Part shown: piece by piece, positions 28,104-38,645 of the stretch
How the letters are laid out: every line of letters begins with the position of its first letter
Numbering within the stretch: the stretch's first letter is position 1
Source: a bacterium
Lineage (GTDB): Bacteria > Patescibacteriota > Minisyncoccia > Moranbacterales > GWC2-37-73
Assembly: GCA_037140955.1 (NCBI GenBank)
Contig: JBAXDL010000001.1
Coordinates: forward strand, 15,129 to 79,128
Direction of reading: 5' to 3'
DNA: 64,000 nt
Notes under the pieces: model-generated
What the model saw: the letters and a program-made list of their open reading frames with translations, nothing else
Databases searched by the model: none
What the model was told of the DNA's origin: nothing
Position numbers and translations under genes: made by a program

Positions 28104-29024
28104 CTACCTTGAAACAAAAAACATTCCTATCGCAATAACAACAATTGCGCCAATTTTTTGAACCCAATCCCAAAAAAACAATTTCTCTGCAAAAACCTTT
28201 GGCTGCTTTTTTGCTGCAACATAAACAAGAACTAATACAAAAACATATTGAAGTGAAACCATGGAATTAACAAGTGTCACACTGCCAAGCGAAAAAGCCT
28301 TGTTAAGCAAAATAGAACTTGCACCACCCAAGACTTTGTTTCCAATAAAGATACCACCAGTTCCAACTGTTTTTTTTGAAGGATTTTTTGCACCAGTAAA
28401 ACTTTTAAAAATTGATTTGCGCCAAGTTGGAATCACTAAAAGCAAAAGTGCAAACAAAAAACCACCAATCCTTGTCCACATAAAACCATTTAAAAATGTT
28501 TGTTCCAGATAAACAAATTTAAACATCACATATGAAACTGCCAAAAGCGCGCCAGCAACGCAAGATGAATAAAAACCAACAAAAAACTTTTGCTTTTTGG
28601 CTTTTAATGGCAAGTCAAAAGAAATTAGTAGCCCCCCAAAAACCAAAAGTGCCACACCTCCAATTTGCAATATGTTTAATTTTTCAATTCCCATAGCATA
28701 GGAAATTAAATAGCTAACAATTGGAACAACAGAAAAAACTACCGGCGTGACCCTGCTGGCTTCAGCCTTACTAATTGAGATATTAATAGCAAAAATTCCA
28801 GCAATATAAACCGCTCCAGCAATCAAACTCAACATGATCTGATCTGCAGACGGAACAGCAAAGCCAAAGGGTGCAAACAAAAAAGCACCCAAGCCAAAAA
28901 TACCAACATAAAAGGTATAGACCTGAGGCGAAGAAATTCGCTTGGAGCCAAGCAAAAATTTATCCGTAAGTACAGCAAAGGCCCCAAGCAAATAAGCACT
29001 GATTGCAATAATAATCCAAGACAT
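28104..29024 (-). CDS. DMT/EamA family membrane protein
   Basis: About 10 TMs; DKFLL, EASRV, LGSVTLVN. Confidence 0.75.
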   Translation of the reverse strand: MSWIIIAISAYLLGAFAVLTDKFLLGSKRISSPQVYTFYVGIFGLGAFLFAPFGFAVPSADQIMLSLIAGAVYIAGIFAINISISKAEASRVTPVVFSVVPIVSYLISYAMGIEKLNILQIGGVALLVFGGLLISFDLPLKAKKQKFFVGFYSSCVAGALLAVSYVMFKFVYLEQTFLNGFMWTRIGGFLFALLLLVIPTWRKSIFKSFTGAKNPSKKTVGTGGIFIGNKVLGGASSILLNKAFSLGSVTLVNSMVSLQYVFVLVLVYVAAKKQPKVFAEKLFFWDWVQKIGAIVVIAIGMFFVSR

Positions 29025-29034
29025 CAACCAGGTT

Positions 29035-29171
29035 AATTTTAAATTTTAAATTTTCCCCCAAAATATAGTCTCGAGGCAAAAAATTCAAAAATTATTCCCG
29101 CAATGCTTAGCAATTTAAGCATTAAAGAATTTAAATTTTGATTAAAAATTAAAAATTAAAAATTAAAAATT
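29035..29171. repeat. Inverted heptamer tandem array
   Basis: (AATTTTA)x3 ... (TTAAAAA)x4, immediately 5' of the EamA start. Confidence 0.75.
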
Positions 29172-29248
29172 ATTATATATCTATATTATACACTAAAAAA
29201 AGCACTTCGACGAATCAAAGTGCTTTTTATTCTACACAAATTCCATAA

Positions 29249-29989
29249 CTATCCCACGATTTTTTCAAAATATAATGCCACAGTTGCAATCCATCCAGGC
29301 GCACCAGGATCTCCAAGGCAACTCTTTCCACATTTCCAAGTATCAACCATGCGAGCAGGCGTATCTCGCTCCTTATTCACCAAAACTTCAATCCTGTCAC
29401 CAACAACCCGAATAGCTTCTTCCGCATTAGAAAAACAAGCATAACCCATTCCAACACCCCTGCCACCCTCTCCCTTGTATCCCCAATAATTATAACAAGT
29501 TTTTCCATCCTTTGAGGGAGAAGCCAAGCCAAAACTACTTTCCTTTTTTGCGATACCAACTAGAAAGGCCGCCACCTTTTGATCTCTCCTTGAAATAAAA
29601 GGCACCATTTCTGCAATGGGAGTTTCGCCCACTATCGCATACAGCTTATCTGCAAATTGTCCAGAATTAATTCCCCCATCATTTCTAACTTGAACTTGCA
29701 AGTTGCTAGCAAGTAATGCCAATTGTACATCACTATCATTAGCAGCTGTAAAAAAATTTTCTTTTTCTTCAAATATTGGCGATGCCACCTTTACAATCTT
29801 TTTCTCACCAGTATAGGCATGAGCATATGAGACTGTTTGACTATCCCAAATATTAGAAAGAACAGCAAAGAAAATCAATATGCCAACAAAAAAAAGAAGA
29901 TTGCTTTTTTTGATTGCATTTTTCAATTGCAAGATGTTTGCCTTGAAATTTGGCACTGATCTAAGTTTAAACCACGAGGGTTTACGCAT
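29249..29989 (-). CDS. Membrane-anchored lysozyme-like/glucosaminidase-like protein (paralog 1)
   Basis: TM, then AFLVGIAKKESSFG...CYNYWGY...ACF....A...V..RI..L...WKCG..C. Confidence 0.6.
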   Translation of the reverse strand: MRKPSWFKLRSVPNFKANILQLKNAIKKSNLLFFVGILIFFAVLSNIWDSQTVSYAHAYTGEKKIVKVASPIFEEKENFFTAANDSDVQLALLASNLQVQVRNDGGINSGQFADKLYAIVGETPIAEMVPFISRRDQKVAAFLVGIAKKESSFGLASPSKDGKTCYNYWGYKGEGGRGVGMGYACFSNAEEAIRVVGDRIEVLVNKERDTPARMVDTWKCGKSCLGDPGAPGWIATVALYFEKIVG

Positions 29990-30227
29990 AAGTTATTTTT
30001 AACAATTTAATGGTCATCCTGGGCAATAGCCCTTAGTGACGCAGATCTTATACTACCAAAAATAACCTATGCGGTCAAGCAAGTTATCCACATTTTTAAA
30101 AATAAAATATGAAAAAATATGGCTTAAATAAGCCATATTTAAATAAAAAAAAGCAAAAAACCCTCCATTCTAAAGGGTTTTTTAAGTGAAAACTTGCAAA
30201 ATATAGCTATTTATTGGATAATATCGT

Positions 30228-31262
30228 TTAATTTTTTTTAGTAAATTCTTCAAAAATTCCATTCACATCCTTCACCCATTTGTTGGCAGCAGCTTGACCA
30301 CCGGTAGCACTGCAACTTGATCCACATTTCCAAATAACCATCTTTGAAGGAGTGTCCTTGCCATTTTCATTCACCAAAGTATTGATTCTTTTTCCAATAG
30401 TTTCCACTGCATCCTTAGGACTATTAAAGCAAGTATGCCCACCAGTTCCCATAAGCTTTCGCTGACCACGATAGCCCCAATAATTATAACAGTCCTGACC
30501 ATTAAGCACTGGCACGTGTTGCCCCCAACCACTTTCCTTCCTTGCAATTGCCACAATAAAGGCCGCCACCGTCCGATCCTGTTGTGCGATATATGGAACC
30601 ATTTTTTCTATAGGATAGCCCTTCACCATTTCTCTTATTTCAACTTCAAGTGATTCTTTGCTTTGAGCCTTTTCAATGTCCATAACCTGCTTAGCAAAAG
30701 ATTCAGCATCATCCTTGGTGTCAGCAACTAGAGCTGCTTGAGGAGCAATCTGCTGCTCCACTGCGACACCAGCATCTATTTGTTTGGCAGAAGCACCTTG
30801 TCCAAGATAACGATACACAAAAGTCATCATCACCATTCCAAATAAAATAGATCCAATAATCGAAGCATTCCAAAGTCTAGCAGTTGAAAACTGTCCAAGA
30901 AAACTTCTTGTCATTTCACCACTAGCATCATTGAATTTCTCATATCTTCTTTCGAGTGCCTCCAGGAGCAAGCTAGTTTCACTTTGACGCTGCCAAACAA
31001 AATCATTGACAACTTTTGAACTCAAACTGTCCCACTTGTTGAAACGACGATCAAGCTTAACGCCTTTTTGCATTAAACGCTGCTCGCGAGGAGTGATATA
31101 TAATTTAGAATCCTCCGTAAAAAAGCTATTAGTTTTCTTGCCTCTTGAAAAAAGCGTAGAGCTATCTTTTTTTGTTGCAGTCAAAAAAGAAACAACTTCT
31201 GGTCGTTTTTTACCAACTGCTAAATCTATATATTTTTTTTGTTTTTTTATCTTTTGTAACAT
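30228..31262 (-). CDS. Membrane-anchored lysozyme-like/glucosaminidase-like protein (paralog 2)
   Basis: TM, then AFIVAIARKESGWG...CYNYWGY...GGHTCF.SP..AV...WKCGSSC. Confidence 0.6.
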   Translation of the reverse strand: MLQKIKKQKKYIDLAVGKKRPEVVSFLTATKKDSSTLFSRGKKTNSFFTEDSKLYITPREQRLMQKGVKLDRRFNKWDSLSSKVVNDFVWQRQSETSLLLEALERRYEKFNDASGEMTRSFLGQFSTARLWNASIIGSILFGMVMMTFVYRYLGQGASAKQIDAGVAVEQQIAPQAALVADTKDDAESFAKQVMDIEKAQSKESLEVEIREMVKGYPIEKMVPYIAQQDRTVAAFIVAIARKESGWGQHVPVLNGQDCYNYWGYRGQRKLMGTGGHTCFNSPKDAVETIGKRINTLVNENGKDTPSKMVIWKCGSSCSATGGQAAANKWVKDVNGIFEEFTKKN

Positions 31263-31317
31263 CAACACTTTTATATCAAAATAAATACTAATTTCCCAAT
31301 ACCATAAAAGTATAGCA

Positions 31318-32169
31318 CTATTTTATCTTTTTTGAAACAAACAGAAAAATACCAACAGCAAAAGACACACAAGAAAGCAATTGTCCCATAGTAAAATAAT
31401 TCCAAAACAAACCCAACTGCAAATCAGGCTCTCTTAATTGCTCAATACAAAATCTAACCAAAGAATATCCCAGTAAATAAAGACCCAGCAATGCACCATT
31501 TTTTAATTTCTTGTTGCGAATGCTCCAAAGCAAAAGAAAGAATACTATGCCCTCAAAAAAAGCTTCATACAGCTGGGAAGGGTGTCGCAAAAAATTTTCA
31601 TCGGCAAGAAAATACATCCCAATATTTAATTCAGTAACTCGTCCATACAGTTCGCCATTTAAAAAATTTCCAATCCTGCCAAAAAAATACCCAGCCGGAA
31701 GTGCAACCACAACAAAATCAGCCCAAGCAAGGAAATTAATTTTTTTTATTTTTGCATAAAAAAATGTCGCCAAAGTTGCTCCGACAAGTGCCCCAAAATA
31801 ACTCATACCAAAAATACCAACAAACTCGCCACTGTTCTGATCAAAAGGAGAAAAAATTGCCAAAGGATGAGACAAAAAATATAAAAAATCATAAAACAAA
31901 ACATAGCCAAGTCTGCCACCCAAAATCCCCACAAAAAAAATTACCAGCAAGTAATCTAACAATAAATTTTTCATCTCAGCTGGCTTTGGACTTTGAATTT
32001 TTGATTCCAAAAATATCAATTCGCCTTTTTTAATTCTCCAAAGTAGCAATTTATACACCACAAAAAATCCTATCAAATATGAAAGCCCGTACCACCTAAT
32101 AGCAAAAGGTCCAATCGTAAAAGCAATTGGACTTAGATGCGAAGGTAAATATTGATAAAAATCAAGCAT
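31318..32169 (-). CDS. lgt: Prolipoprotein diacylglyceryl transferase
   Basis: IRWYG, GGRLGYV.FY, GMSYFG, GRIGNFLNGELYGR, RHPSQLYE, E.LREPD. Confidence 0.96.
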   Translation of the reverse strand: MLDFYQYLPSHLSPIAFTIGPFAIRWYGLSYLIGFFVVYKLLLWRIKKGELIFLESKIQSPKPAEMKNLLLDYLLVIFFVGILGGRLGYVLFYDFLYFLSHPLAIFSPFDQNSGEFVGIFGMSYFGALVGATLATFFYAKIKKINFLAWADFVVVALPAGYFFGRIGNFLNGELYGRVTELNIGMYFLADENFLRHPSQLYEAFFEGIVFFLLLWSIRNKKLKNGALLGLYLLGYSLVRFCIEQLREPDLQLGLFWNYFTMGQLLSCVSFAVGIFLFVSKKIK

Positions 32170-33226
32170 TATATTTCCTTAATTGTTTTTTGAATTCAAC
32201 CTCGTAAATATCCCAAAGTGCAATAAAGAGTGCCACAATAATTGGTCCAATAATAAATCCAAGAAATCCAATCATGCTAATGCCGCCAAGTGTTGCAAAA
32301 AAGACCAACAAAGGATGCATCTGCGTGTCCTTACCAACTAACTTAGGCTTAAGAAAATTATCAATAGTAGAGATTATTCCCATGCCCACAGCCAAAATCG
32401 TCACGCCCTGCCAAATATGTCCCAGGCTTAGCATAATAATCCCAGCCGGAAGCCAAACAAGACCGGTGCCAAACATCGGAATTAAAGACAAAAACACCAT
32501 AACAACACCCCAAACAATAGCTGATGGCACGCCCACAATAGTAAACAAAATTGCACCAATAGTACCTTGAATAAAACCAATGACCAATGTCCCTTTGATT
32601 GTTGCTCTACTCATTGAAATGAACTTTTCAATCAGAATTTTTTCATGAGCATCCTTAAGTGGACTAAGCAGCATAATTTTGCTGACCAACTTTTTTCCAC
32701 TAATCAAGAAATAATACAAAGTAAAAAACATCACCAAACTCAAAAACAAAAAGTTTGCGATGCTCTGATAAGTTTTTTGAAAAATAACAATCGCACCTTG
32801 ACCAAGCTGAGAAACTGATTTGGCAACACTTTCCTTATTAATCAAATTATCCACGCCAAGTGACCTCAGAAGTGGATTAGAATTAACATTTAAGGTTAGA
32901 TTATCAAAATATTTTTGCCCAGAAAAACCTTGCTCAACACTAACTTTTTGATACAGTGTTGTTATTTCATTAACAACCAACCCAACTACTCCAAAAAATA
33001 ATCCAACAAAAATGACAATACCAAAAATGGCCGTCAGGAAAGCACTGACTCTTTCCCGCTCGCCTGTTATTTTCAAAAAAAATTTAAAAGGCTTTTGAAA
33101 AATAACAGCAAAGATTGCTGCCAGAATAATCGCGATGAAAAATGGCTGGAAAATAAAGAAGGTTACAACACTAACTCCAATCAAAACCAAGAAAAAGAAA
33201 TTGACATTGAAATTTTTTAATTCCAT
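32162..33226 (-). CDS. AI-2E family transporter
   Basis: LSLIPMFG, IDNFLKPKLVG...MHPL, GFIIGP. Confidence 0.9.
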   Translation of the reverse strand: MELKNFNVNFFFLVLIGVSVVTFFIFQPFFIAIILAAIFAVIFQKPFKFFLKITGERERVSAFLTAIFGIVIFVGLFFGVVGLVVNEITTLYQKVSVEQGFSGQKYFDNLTLNVNSNPLLRSLGVDNLINKESVAKSVSQLGQGAIVIFQKTYQSIANFLFLSLVMFFTLYYFLISGKKLVSKIMLLSPLKDAHEKILIEKFISMSRATIKGTLVIGFIQGTIGAILFTIVGVPSAIVWGVVMVFLSLIPMFGTGLVWLPAGIIMLSLGHIWQGVTILAVGMGIISTIDNFLKPKLVGKDTQMHPLLVFFATLGGISMIGFLGFIIGPIIVALFIALWDIYEVEFKKQLRKYNA

Positions 33227-33326
33227 AAATATATTTTAATAATGAAATATCTCAGCTATTTGCCTTAACGCATTAATTTGCTAGAATTATAACACGTGTC
33301 ACTATTTTTTCAAATTAAATTATCAT

Positions 33327-34034
33327 ATGTTGGAATTTCAAGAATCACATCGTCATAGAATCATCGTCACTGCTGATGACTTTGGCATTAGTCCTCGGGC
33401 CAATAGAAACATCCTATACCTCATCGAACTTGGAAAGATAAACCGAGTAGCTATCATGACAGAAGGCGCAATTAGTCCAAAAGAAATTGATCAATTGTCT
33501 CGTAGTGGAGTGAAATTAGACATTCACCTCGACATTTTGCATCAATTTGGCGATCAGAGAAAAAAAAGGCAAAGTGCGATCTTGCGCGTGCTTGGCTTTT
33601 TGGGGAAAATATTGTCGGGAAAATTAATGCCAAAAAATGTTTACAGGCAATGGTCAGCGCAAATTGAAAAATTTCATACAATTTTTGGGAAATATCCAGA
33701 TGGAATAAACTCGCACGAACATGTGCATTTTTTTCCCTTCTTTTTTTCAATAGCCTTGCAATTACAAAAAAAATACAACATTCCATACATCAGATTTGGT
33801 GACAGCTTAAAGATCAAGCACCATGTGATCGTGGCCTATATCATCCATTTCATGCGAATCCTTGATATCAGAGCTTGTGCCAAAAATGGCTGCATCTCTT
33901 CGAGCTTTTTGGTTAGTCTTGATTGGATCAAAAATATTGACAAATTCCTAAACAATCCTCCAGAAGGAACCATTGAAATTGCTTGCCACCCCGAATTGGC
34001 TGAAGATTTTGTGAAAGTGAAAAAATATTTTTAA
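33327..34034 (+). CDS. ChbG/HpnK (YdjC) family deacetylase
   Basis: IVTADDFG, IHL, NSHEHVH, EIACHP. Confidence 0.88.
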   Translation: MLEFQESHRHRIIVTADDFGISPRANRNILYLIELGKINRVAIMTEGAISPKEIDQLSRSGVKLDIHLDILHQFGDQRKKRQSAILRVLGFLGKILSGKLMPKNVYRQWSAQIEKFHTIFGKYPDGINSHEHVHFFPFFFSIALQLQKKYNIPYIRFGDSLKIKHHVIVAYIIHFMRILDIRACAKNGCISSSFLVSLDWIKNIDKFLNNPPEGTIEIACHPELAEDFVKVKKYF

Positions 34035-34642
34035 ACTTTTTTTGAAAAAATTTTAAGCAGCATCCCAACAATTAAAACAGAAGAAAAAAGCAAAACATTA
34101 CGCACAATTTCAACCTCTGCAATCAGGGTTATTATTTTTCTGTGCGAATAAAAAGCCATTAAGATAAAAAGCACAGAATGAATCATTGTTGCCAGTGCGT
34201 TATAAAGAAAAAACTTTTTCCAATTTGAGCCAAGCGTGCCAAGCACCACCGGTCCAAAAAAACGCACACCAGTGATGAGCCTCAAAAAGAATATTGTTTT
34301 TCCGGGATTGTCCGAAACCAAGTGCTCATATTGAATAAGTTTGCTGACTCGCATTTTCCTATTAAAACGCTCAACAAATTTATTTCCAAAAAAACTCAAA
34401 CGATACATGATATTATCACCCACAATTCCACCGCTAATGCTCGCCAGCAGCGCAAATCCAAGATCAATTCCAGCAGTTTTTGCCAAAAATCCAATCAGCA
34501 ACAGCAGCACAACTTCAGGAAATGGGATGACATAACTTACCAACATTGAAAGCAAGAAAATTCCAAAATAAGAACCACCTTTAATGGAGTTTAAAATAAA
34601 ACCAAATTCATGGAAATGATTTTGAAAATGTGGATCAATCAT
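34031..34642 (-). CDS. DedA family membrane protein
   Basis: IPFPEV, GGIVGDN..Y, F.LR.I.GVR. Confidence 0.85.
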   Translation of the reverse strand: MIDPHFQNHFHEFGFILNSIKGGSYFGIFLLSMLVSYVIPFPEVVLLLLIGFLAKTAGIDLGFALLASISGGIVGDNIMYRLSFFGNKFVERFNRKMRVSKLIQYEHLVSDNPGKTIFFLRLITGVRFFGPVVLGTLGSNWKKFFLYNALATMIHSVLFILMAFYSHRKIITLIAEVEIVRNVLLFSSVLIVGMLLKIFSKKV

Positions 34643-34648
34643 GCAGCT

Positions 34649-35131
34649 TTATTTGCTTAAGTTTATCACTGCCCCATTTTCTGCCAATGGCGCACTAACC
34701 CGGATTCTGCCATTAGAAAGTTTTGCGATTTGATAGCCCGAAGAGTTTGCATCCTTTTCCTGCGGATCAACCGGAACCTCTGAAAGCAAATATTTTTTAT
34801 TATTAATAATTTCAGAAATATCAATCAGATTTTCGCAAGAAGCTGCCTTGCTTTTGCAAATAGCCACCGACTCACTTGTCAAATTTTTTGGCAAATTTCC
34901 ACCATTATCAAGCGAATATTGATAAACTGAATTCAAAATGTTCACAACATCACTTCTTCTTTGAGAATTACGCATCTCTAAAAGCTTTTTGGCTGGATTA
35001 ATCCAGAAAACAACCCCACCAAGGATGACAAACAATACCACGGCAAAAAGTATCCGTTGCCAGATGCTGGTATTTTTCACAAAAAGTTTACATTTTTCCA
35101 AATAATGTTCAAATTCCATAATATTTTTCAT
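34649..35131 (-). CDS. Type IV pilin-like protein lacking the prepilin cleavage motif
   Basis: TM followed by INP......RNSQRRSDV..I...V.QY..DNGG.LP and YL..VPVDP; no G|FTLxE. Confidence 0.65.
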   Translation of the reverse strand: MKNIMEFEHYLEKCKLFVKNTSIWQRILFAVVLFVILGGVVFWINPAKKLLEMRNSQRRSDVVNILNSVYQYSLDNGGNLPKNLTSESVAICKSKAASCENLIDISEIINNKKYLLSEVPVDPQEKDANSSGYQIAKLSNGRIRVSAPLAENGAVINLSK

Positions 35132-35207
35132 CAAATCTTACATTTAAGAGTATACCATTTTTTTCTAAGAAAAAACAATATTCAATCAACCCCAACGCTA
35201 TACATTT

Positions 35208-35286
35208 TCAGGCAAGTATTGTTTTTTTACGGCTTCCGTGTGAGCAAAGCGAACGAAAGGCAATCAAAAAAATAATACTTGCTTGA
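35208..35286 (+). other. Long intergenic hairpin with a GAGCAAAGCGAA apical motif
   Basis: 21-bp arms 35208-35228 and 35266-35286 (two G-U pairs on the + strand). Confidence 0.55.
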
Positions 35287-35417
35287 TGGCACAAAATAGT
35301 AACATTGTAAATTAAAATGAATTAAAATAAAATTAGCTGCGTATTCATTTAGGTGCTCGAGCCAATAAAAAAACAATTTGGCTCAAGCAAAGCATTAATT
35401 TTTAAAAAACAAATAAT

Positions 35418-35834
35418 ATGAAAAAAAATGTACGCAACGCTCTTGCAATATCAGGTCTTGCTCTTGCAATTGGAGCTTCTGGCCTAACTCTAACAGCCAG
35501 TGCCAATACGGCAGCATCAAGGGATACTAAAATTGAAAGACATCAAAGTCTGACAAAAATTGCACGAGTGAAAAAAACTGAGAACATCAAAGATGCCATT
35601 CATCGGCGAACCTTTGCTGGAGTTGCCAGCAACATTTCAGCCAATTCACTGACAATCACCAGAGGTGCAAAGACTTTCACAGTAACAACCACTGATGCAA
35701 CCAGAATTCTAAATCGAAATTGGACAGCCATAAAGCTTTCAGACATTAAAGATGACGACAAAGTCCGCGTACAAGGAACACTAACCGACACAACAATCGC
35801 AGCTAGCACCCTGCGCGATATAACAATCAAATAG
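35418..35834 (+). CDS. Secreted DUF5666-like OB-fold protein
   Basis: Signal peptide; G....ISANSLTI...T.I......I.LSDIK.DD.V.V.G. Confidence 0.7.
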   Translation: MKKNVRNALAISGLALAIGASGLTLTASANTAASRDTKIERHQSLTKIARVKKTENIKDAIHRRTFAGVASNISANSLTITRGAKTFTVTTTDATRILNRNWTAIKLSDIKDDDKVRVQGTLTDTTIAASTLRDITIK

Positions 35835-35850
35835 TTAAACATAGGCACAA

Positions 35851-35879
35851 AAAAATCCCGACCAAAATCGGGATTTTTT
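35851..35879. terminator. Bidirectional terminator
   Basis: AAAAATCCCGA-CCAAAA-TCGGGATTTTT. Confidence 0.8.
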
Positions 35880-35905
35880 ATATTTTGAATATTGTATTTT
35901 GTAGT

Positions 35906-37696
35906 TTATTTCTTTCCTCCTCTTGCAGCTTTCACGCGATCACCTTCGCTCAAGAATTGTTTTCGAAGACGAACTGAATGCGGAGTAACTTCAAGATATT
36001 CGTCGCCATTGATGATTTCCAAACCTCTTTCAATTGAAAGTGTTAGTGGTGGAGTCAAATTGATGGCATCATCAGTTCCAGAAGAACGCATGTTGGTAAG
36101 TTGTTTTCCTTTGATTGGATTTACTGCCATATCAAGACCCTTAGAAGAGTTTCCAATAACCATTCCTTCATACACTTCAGTTGCAGGAGCAATGTAAAGT
36201 GAACCTCGTTCTTGCAAGTTTGCCAATGAGAATCCAAGAGCTTTTCCACCAATCATAGAAACCATTGAGCCAACTTCACGACGCTTGATTTCTCCGGCAT
36301 ATGGCTTGAAGCCAATCACGCGAGATGAAAAAATTCCTTCACCTTTAGTGTCAACCACAAATTGTCCACGGAATCCCAAAATTCCTCGTGTTGGAACATC
36401 AAACAAAAGTCGAGTTTGAGACCCATGCACTTGCATGTCAGACATGATTCCTTTTCTCTTGCCCATTGATTCAATCACACCTCCAGCCAATTCGCTTGGC
36501 ACATCAATAGTGGCCTCTTCAAATGGTTCTGATTTAACTCCATCAATTTCTTTAATAATAACGTGTGGTTGTGAAACTTGCATTTCATATCCTTCACGTC
36601 TCATGTTTTCCAAAAGCACTGCAATGTGCAATTCTCCTCGTCCAAACACTGTGTAATATTCTGAAGTTGAAAAATCAATCTTAAGCCCAACATTAACTTC
36701 CAATTCTTTTTCAAGTCTTTCTCTGATCTGTTTGTTTGTCACAAACTTTCCTTCGCGTCCTGCAAAAGGAGAATCATTAACCATAAAGCGAAGAGAAATT
36801 GTTGGTTCATCAATAGTAATCGCAGGAAGAGCTTCTTGCGCTTCTGTTTCGCAGATAGTTTCACCAATGTCAATCTTAGGAAAACCTGCCACCATCACAA
36901 TGTCACCAGCATAAGCTTCTTGCACCTCATCACGAACAGTTCCTTTGAAAGTATAAAGTTTTGTAATACGAGATTTTTCAATTGTTCCATCAGTTTTTTT
37001 CAAGATATAACTTCCTCCCATTTTTATTGTTCCTTCATGAATACGACCAACAGCAAGACGTCCCAAAAAGTTGTCATATCCAAGATTAAAAGGTTGCATG
37101 CGAAGTTCAGCAGCGGCATCAGCCTTGGCAGGATGCACTTTCAACAAAATCATATCCAATAGTGGTTCAAGATTTGTTGATTCATCGCTCAAGTGTTCCT
37201 TGGCAATTCCCTCACGTCCAATTGCATACATCGTGGTGAAATCCAATTGTTCATCGGTTGCTCCAAGATCCATGAAAAGCTCATACACTTGCTCTTGTAC
37301 CAAATCAGGATCAGCAGCTGGCTTGTCTATTTTGTTAATAACCACAATAGGTTTCAGACCAAGCTCCAAGGATTTCTTAAGCACAAATCTGGTTTGTGGC
37401 ATTGGACCTTCTTGTGCATCGACAATCAAAAGCACGCTATCAATTGAGCGAAGCACGCGTTCAACTTCTGATCCAAAATCAGCATGTCCAGGTGTGTCCA
37501 CAATATTAATTTTTGTATCACGATAAAAAATGGAAGTATTTTTAGCATAAATAGTAATTCCACGCTCTTGTTCAAGTGCATTATTGTCCATACTTATTCC
37601 CTCTTCCACCATTCCAGTTTGACGCATGATTGCATCAGTCAAGGTTGTTTTGCCATGATCCACATGGGCGATGATTGCAATGTTTCGAATTTCCAT
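35906..37696 (-). CDS. typA: Translational GTPase TypA/BipA
   Basis: RNIAIIAHVDHGKTTL, ERGITI, DTPGHADF, GRGELH, MRREGYE. Confidence 0.97.
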   Translation of the reverse strand: MEIRNIAIIAHVDHGKTTLTDAIMRQTGMVEEGISMDNNALEQERGITIYAKNTSIFYRDTKINIVDTPGHADFGSEVERVLRSIDSVLLIVDAQEGPMPQTRFVLKKSLELGLKPIVVINKIDKPAADPDLVQEQVYELFMDLGATDEQLDFTTMYAIGREGIAKEHLSDESTNLEPLLDMILLKVHPAKADAAAELRMQPFNLGYDNFLGRLAVGRIHEGTIKMGGSYILKKTDGTIEKSRITKLYTFKGTVRDEVQEAYAGDIVMVAGFPKIDIGETICETEAQEALPAITIDEPTISLRFMVNDSPFAGREGKFVTNKQIRERLEKELEVNVGLKIDFSTSEYYTVFGRGELHIAVLLENMRREGYEMQVSQPHVIIKEIDGVKSEPFEEATIDVPSELAGGVIESMGKRKGIMSDMQVHGSQTRLLFDVPTRGILGFRGQFVVDTKGEGIFSSRVIGFKPYAGEIKRREVGSMVSMIGGKALGFSLANLQERGSLYIAPATEVYEGMVIGNSSKGLDMAVNPIKGKQLTNMRSSGTDDAINLTPPLTLSIERGLEIINGDEYLEVTPHSVRLRKQFLSEGDRVKAARGGKK

Positions 37697-37706
37697 ACAC
37701 ATTAGT

Positions 37707-37790
37707 CAAAAGTCCATAAAGTCCATAAAGTTTGTAAAGCACATTTTTAAAAAATACGCATTAAAAATTTTAAAGACTTCCAGAACCTTC
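37707..37790. repeat. Inverted nonamer array upstream of typA
   Basis: AAAGTCCAT-AAAGTCCAT-AAAGTTTGT-AAAG ... TTTAAAGACTT. Confidence 0.55.
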
Positions 37791-37925
37791 CATTTTTAAA
37801 ATAAATAAAAGCTGCCAATAGGCAGCAGAACCTCTAAAGCCATATAAATATAGCAACAAAGGCATAATTTGTCAAGAAAAAAGCCTTCTCACTATTTATA
37901 GCAAAAAGGCTTAAAAGTTTGCAAT

Positions 37926-38645
37926 TCATATCACCTCTCGAAAGGCCTTGATAACCTTATCCTTCAAGGTATTACCCAAAATCTCAGTGAAGATCTTAAT
38001 CAAGACCTCTAGCTGCTGACTATTAGCTTCAATGACCATGGCAGCTGCGACACTATTTTTAAACCATTTCACCTCGCCAACTTCGGAGCTCAAATCCATA
38101 AAGAGCCACTGTCCTGTATTTGGATCAAAAACAAAATTCGGATTTTTAGGATCTTTGGCATTTTCAATTGCAATAGTTCCCTCACCCAAAAGCACAAATG
38201 CATATTGCTTTTCCTCACCCTTTTTAACAGAAACTATGGGCAAGTTTTCCCAGACCTCAACTGTTATTTTTTCTTCACCCTGCGATTCTTCAACTGGAGC
38301 AGAAACCTCTTTTTTGACAGTAGGAAAAAATTCCACCGGCTCCAACCAGAGACTGTGAATGCACGCTTCTTTGTCACTCGAATCAAGAATAGTAGCGGTT
38401 AAATGGGGCCAAATCAGACAATTTTCACTGTGAGGAGTTTTGCCGCAAAAACATTTTTTCACAGAAATTCCTTTTTTAAGATCAAGAATCTCCAAAACAT
38501 CATCTTGGAGTTCCTCCCTGAATCGCATAAAACCTGGAGGCAAAGGACGATATCCAAGATCTTTTTTCATTCTTGCAGTTCTCCATGTTTTGACAAAATT
38601 CTCAAACTCCAAGGGATCAAAAACTTTTTCATGTTTTTCTTTCAT
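37926..38645 (-). CDS. Hypothetical protein (orphan-like) with a CxCx4Hx3C motif
   Basis: 239-aa ORF with AAGGAG RBS; CFCGKTPHSENC. Confidence 0.6.
   Translation of the reverse strand: MKEKHEKVFDPLEFENFVKTWRTARMKKDLGYRPLPPGFMRFREELQDDVLEILDLKKGISVKKCFCGKTPHSENCLIWPHLTATILDSSDKEACIHSLWLEPVEFFPTVKKEVSAPVEESQGEEKITVEVWENLPIVSVKKGEEKQYAFVLLGEGTIAIENAKDPKNPNFVFDPNTGQWLFMDLSSEVGEVKWFKNSVAAAMVIEANSQQLEVLIKIFTEILGNTLKDKVIKAFREVI

Noticed and set aside
35230-35265. c-di-GMP-I riboswitch
   Set aside because: GCAAA and GAAA words are present, but not the GGCAAA..GAAA..GACGCAAAGC two-stem order; they sit within a long simple inverted repeat.
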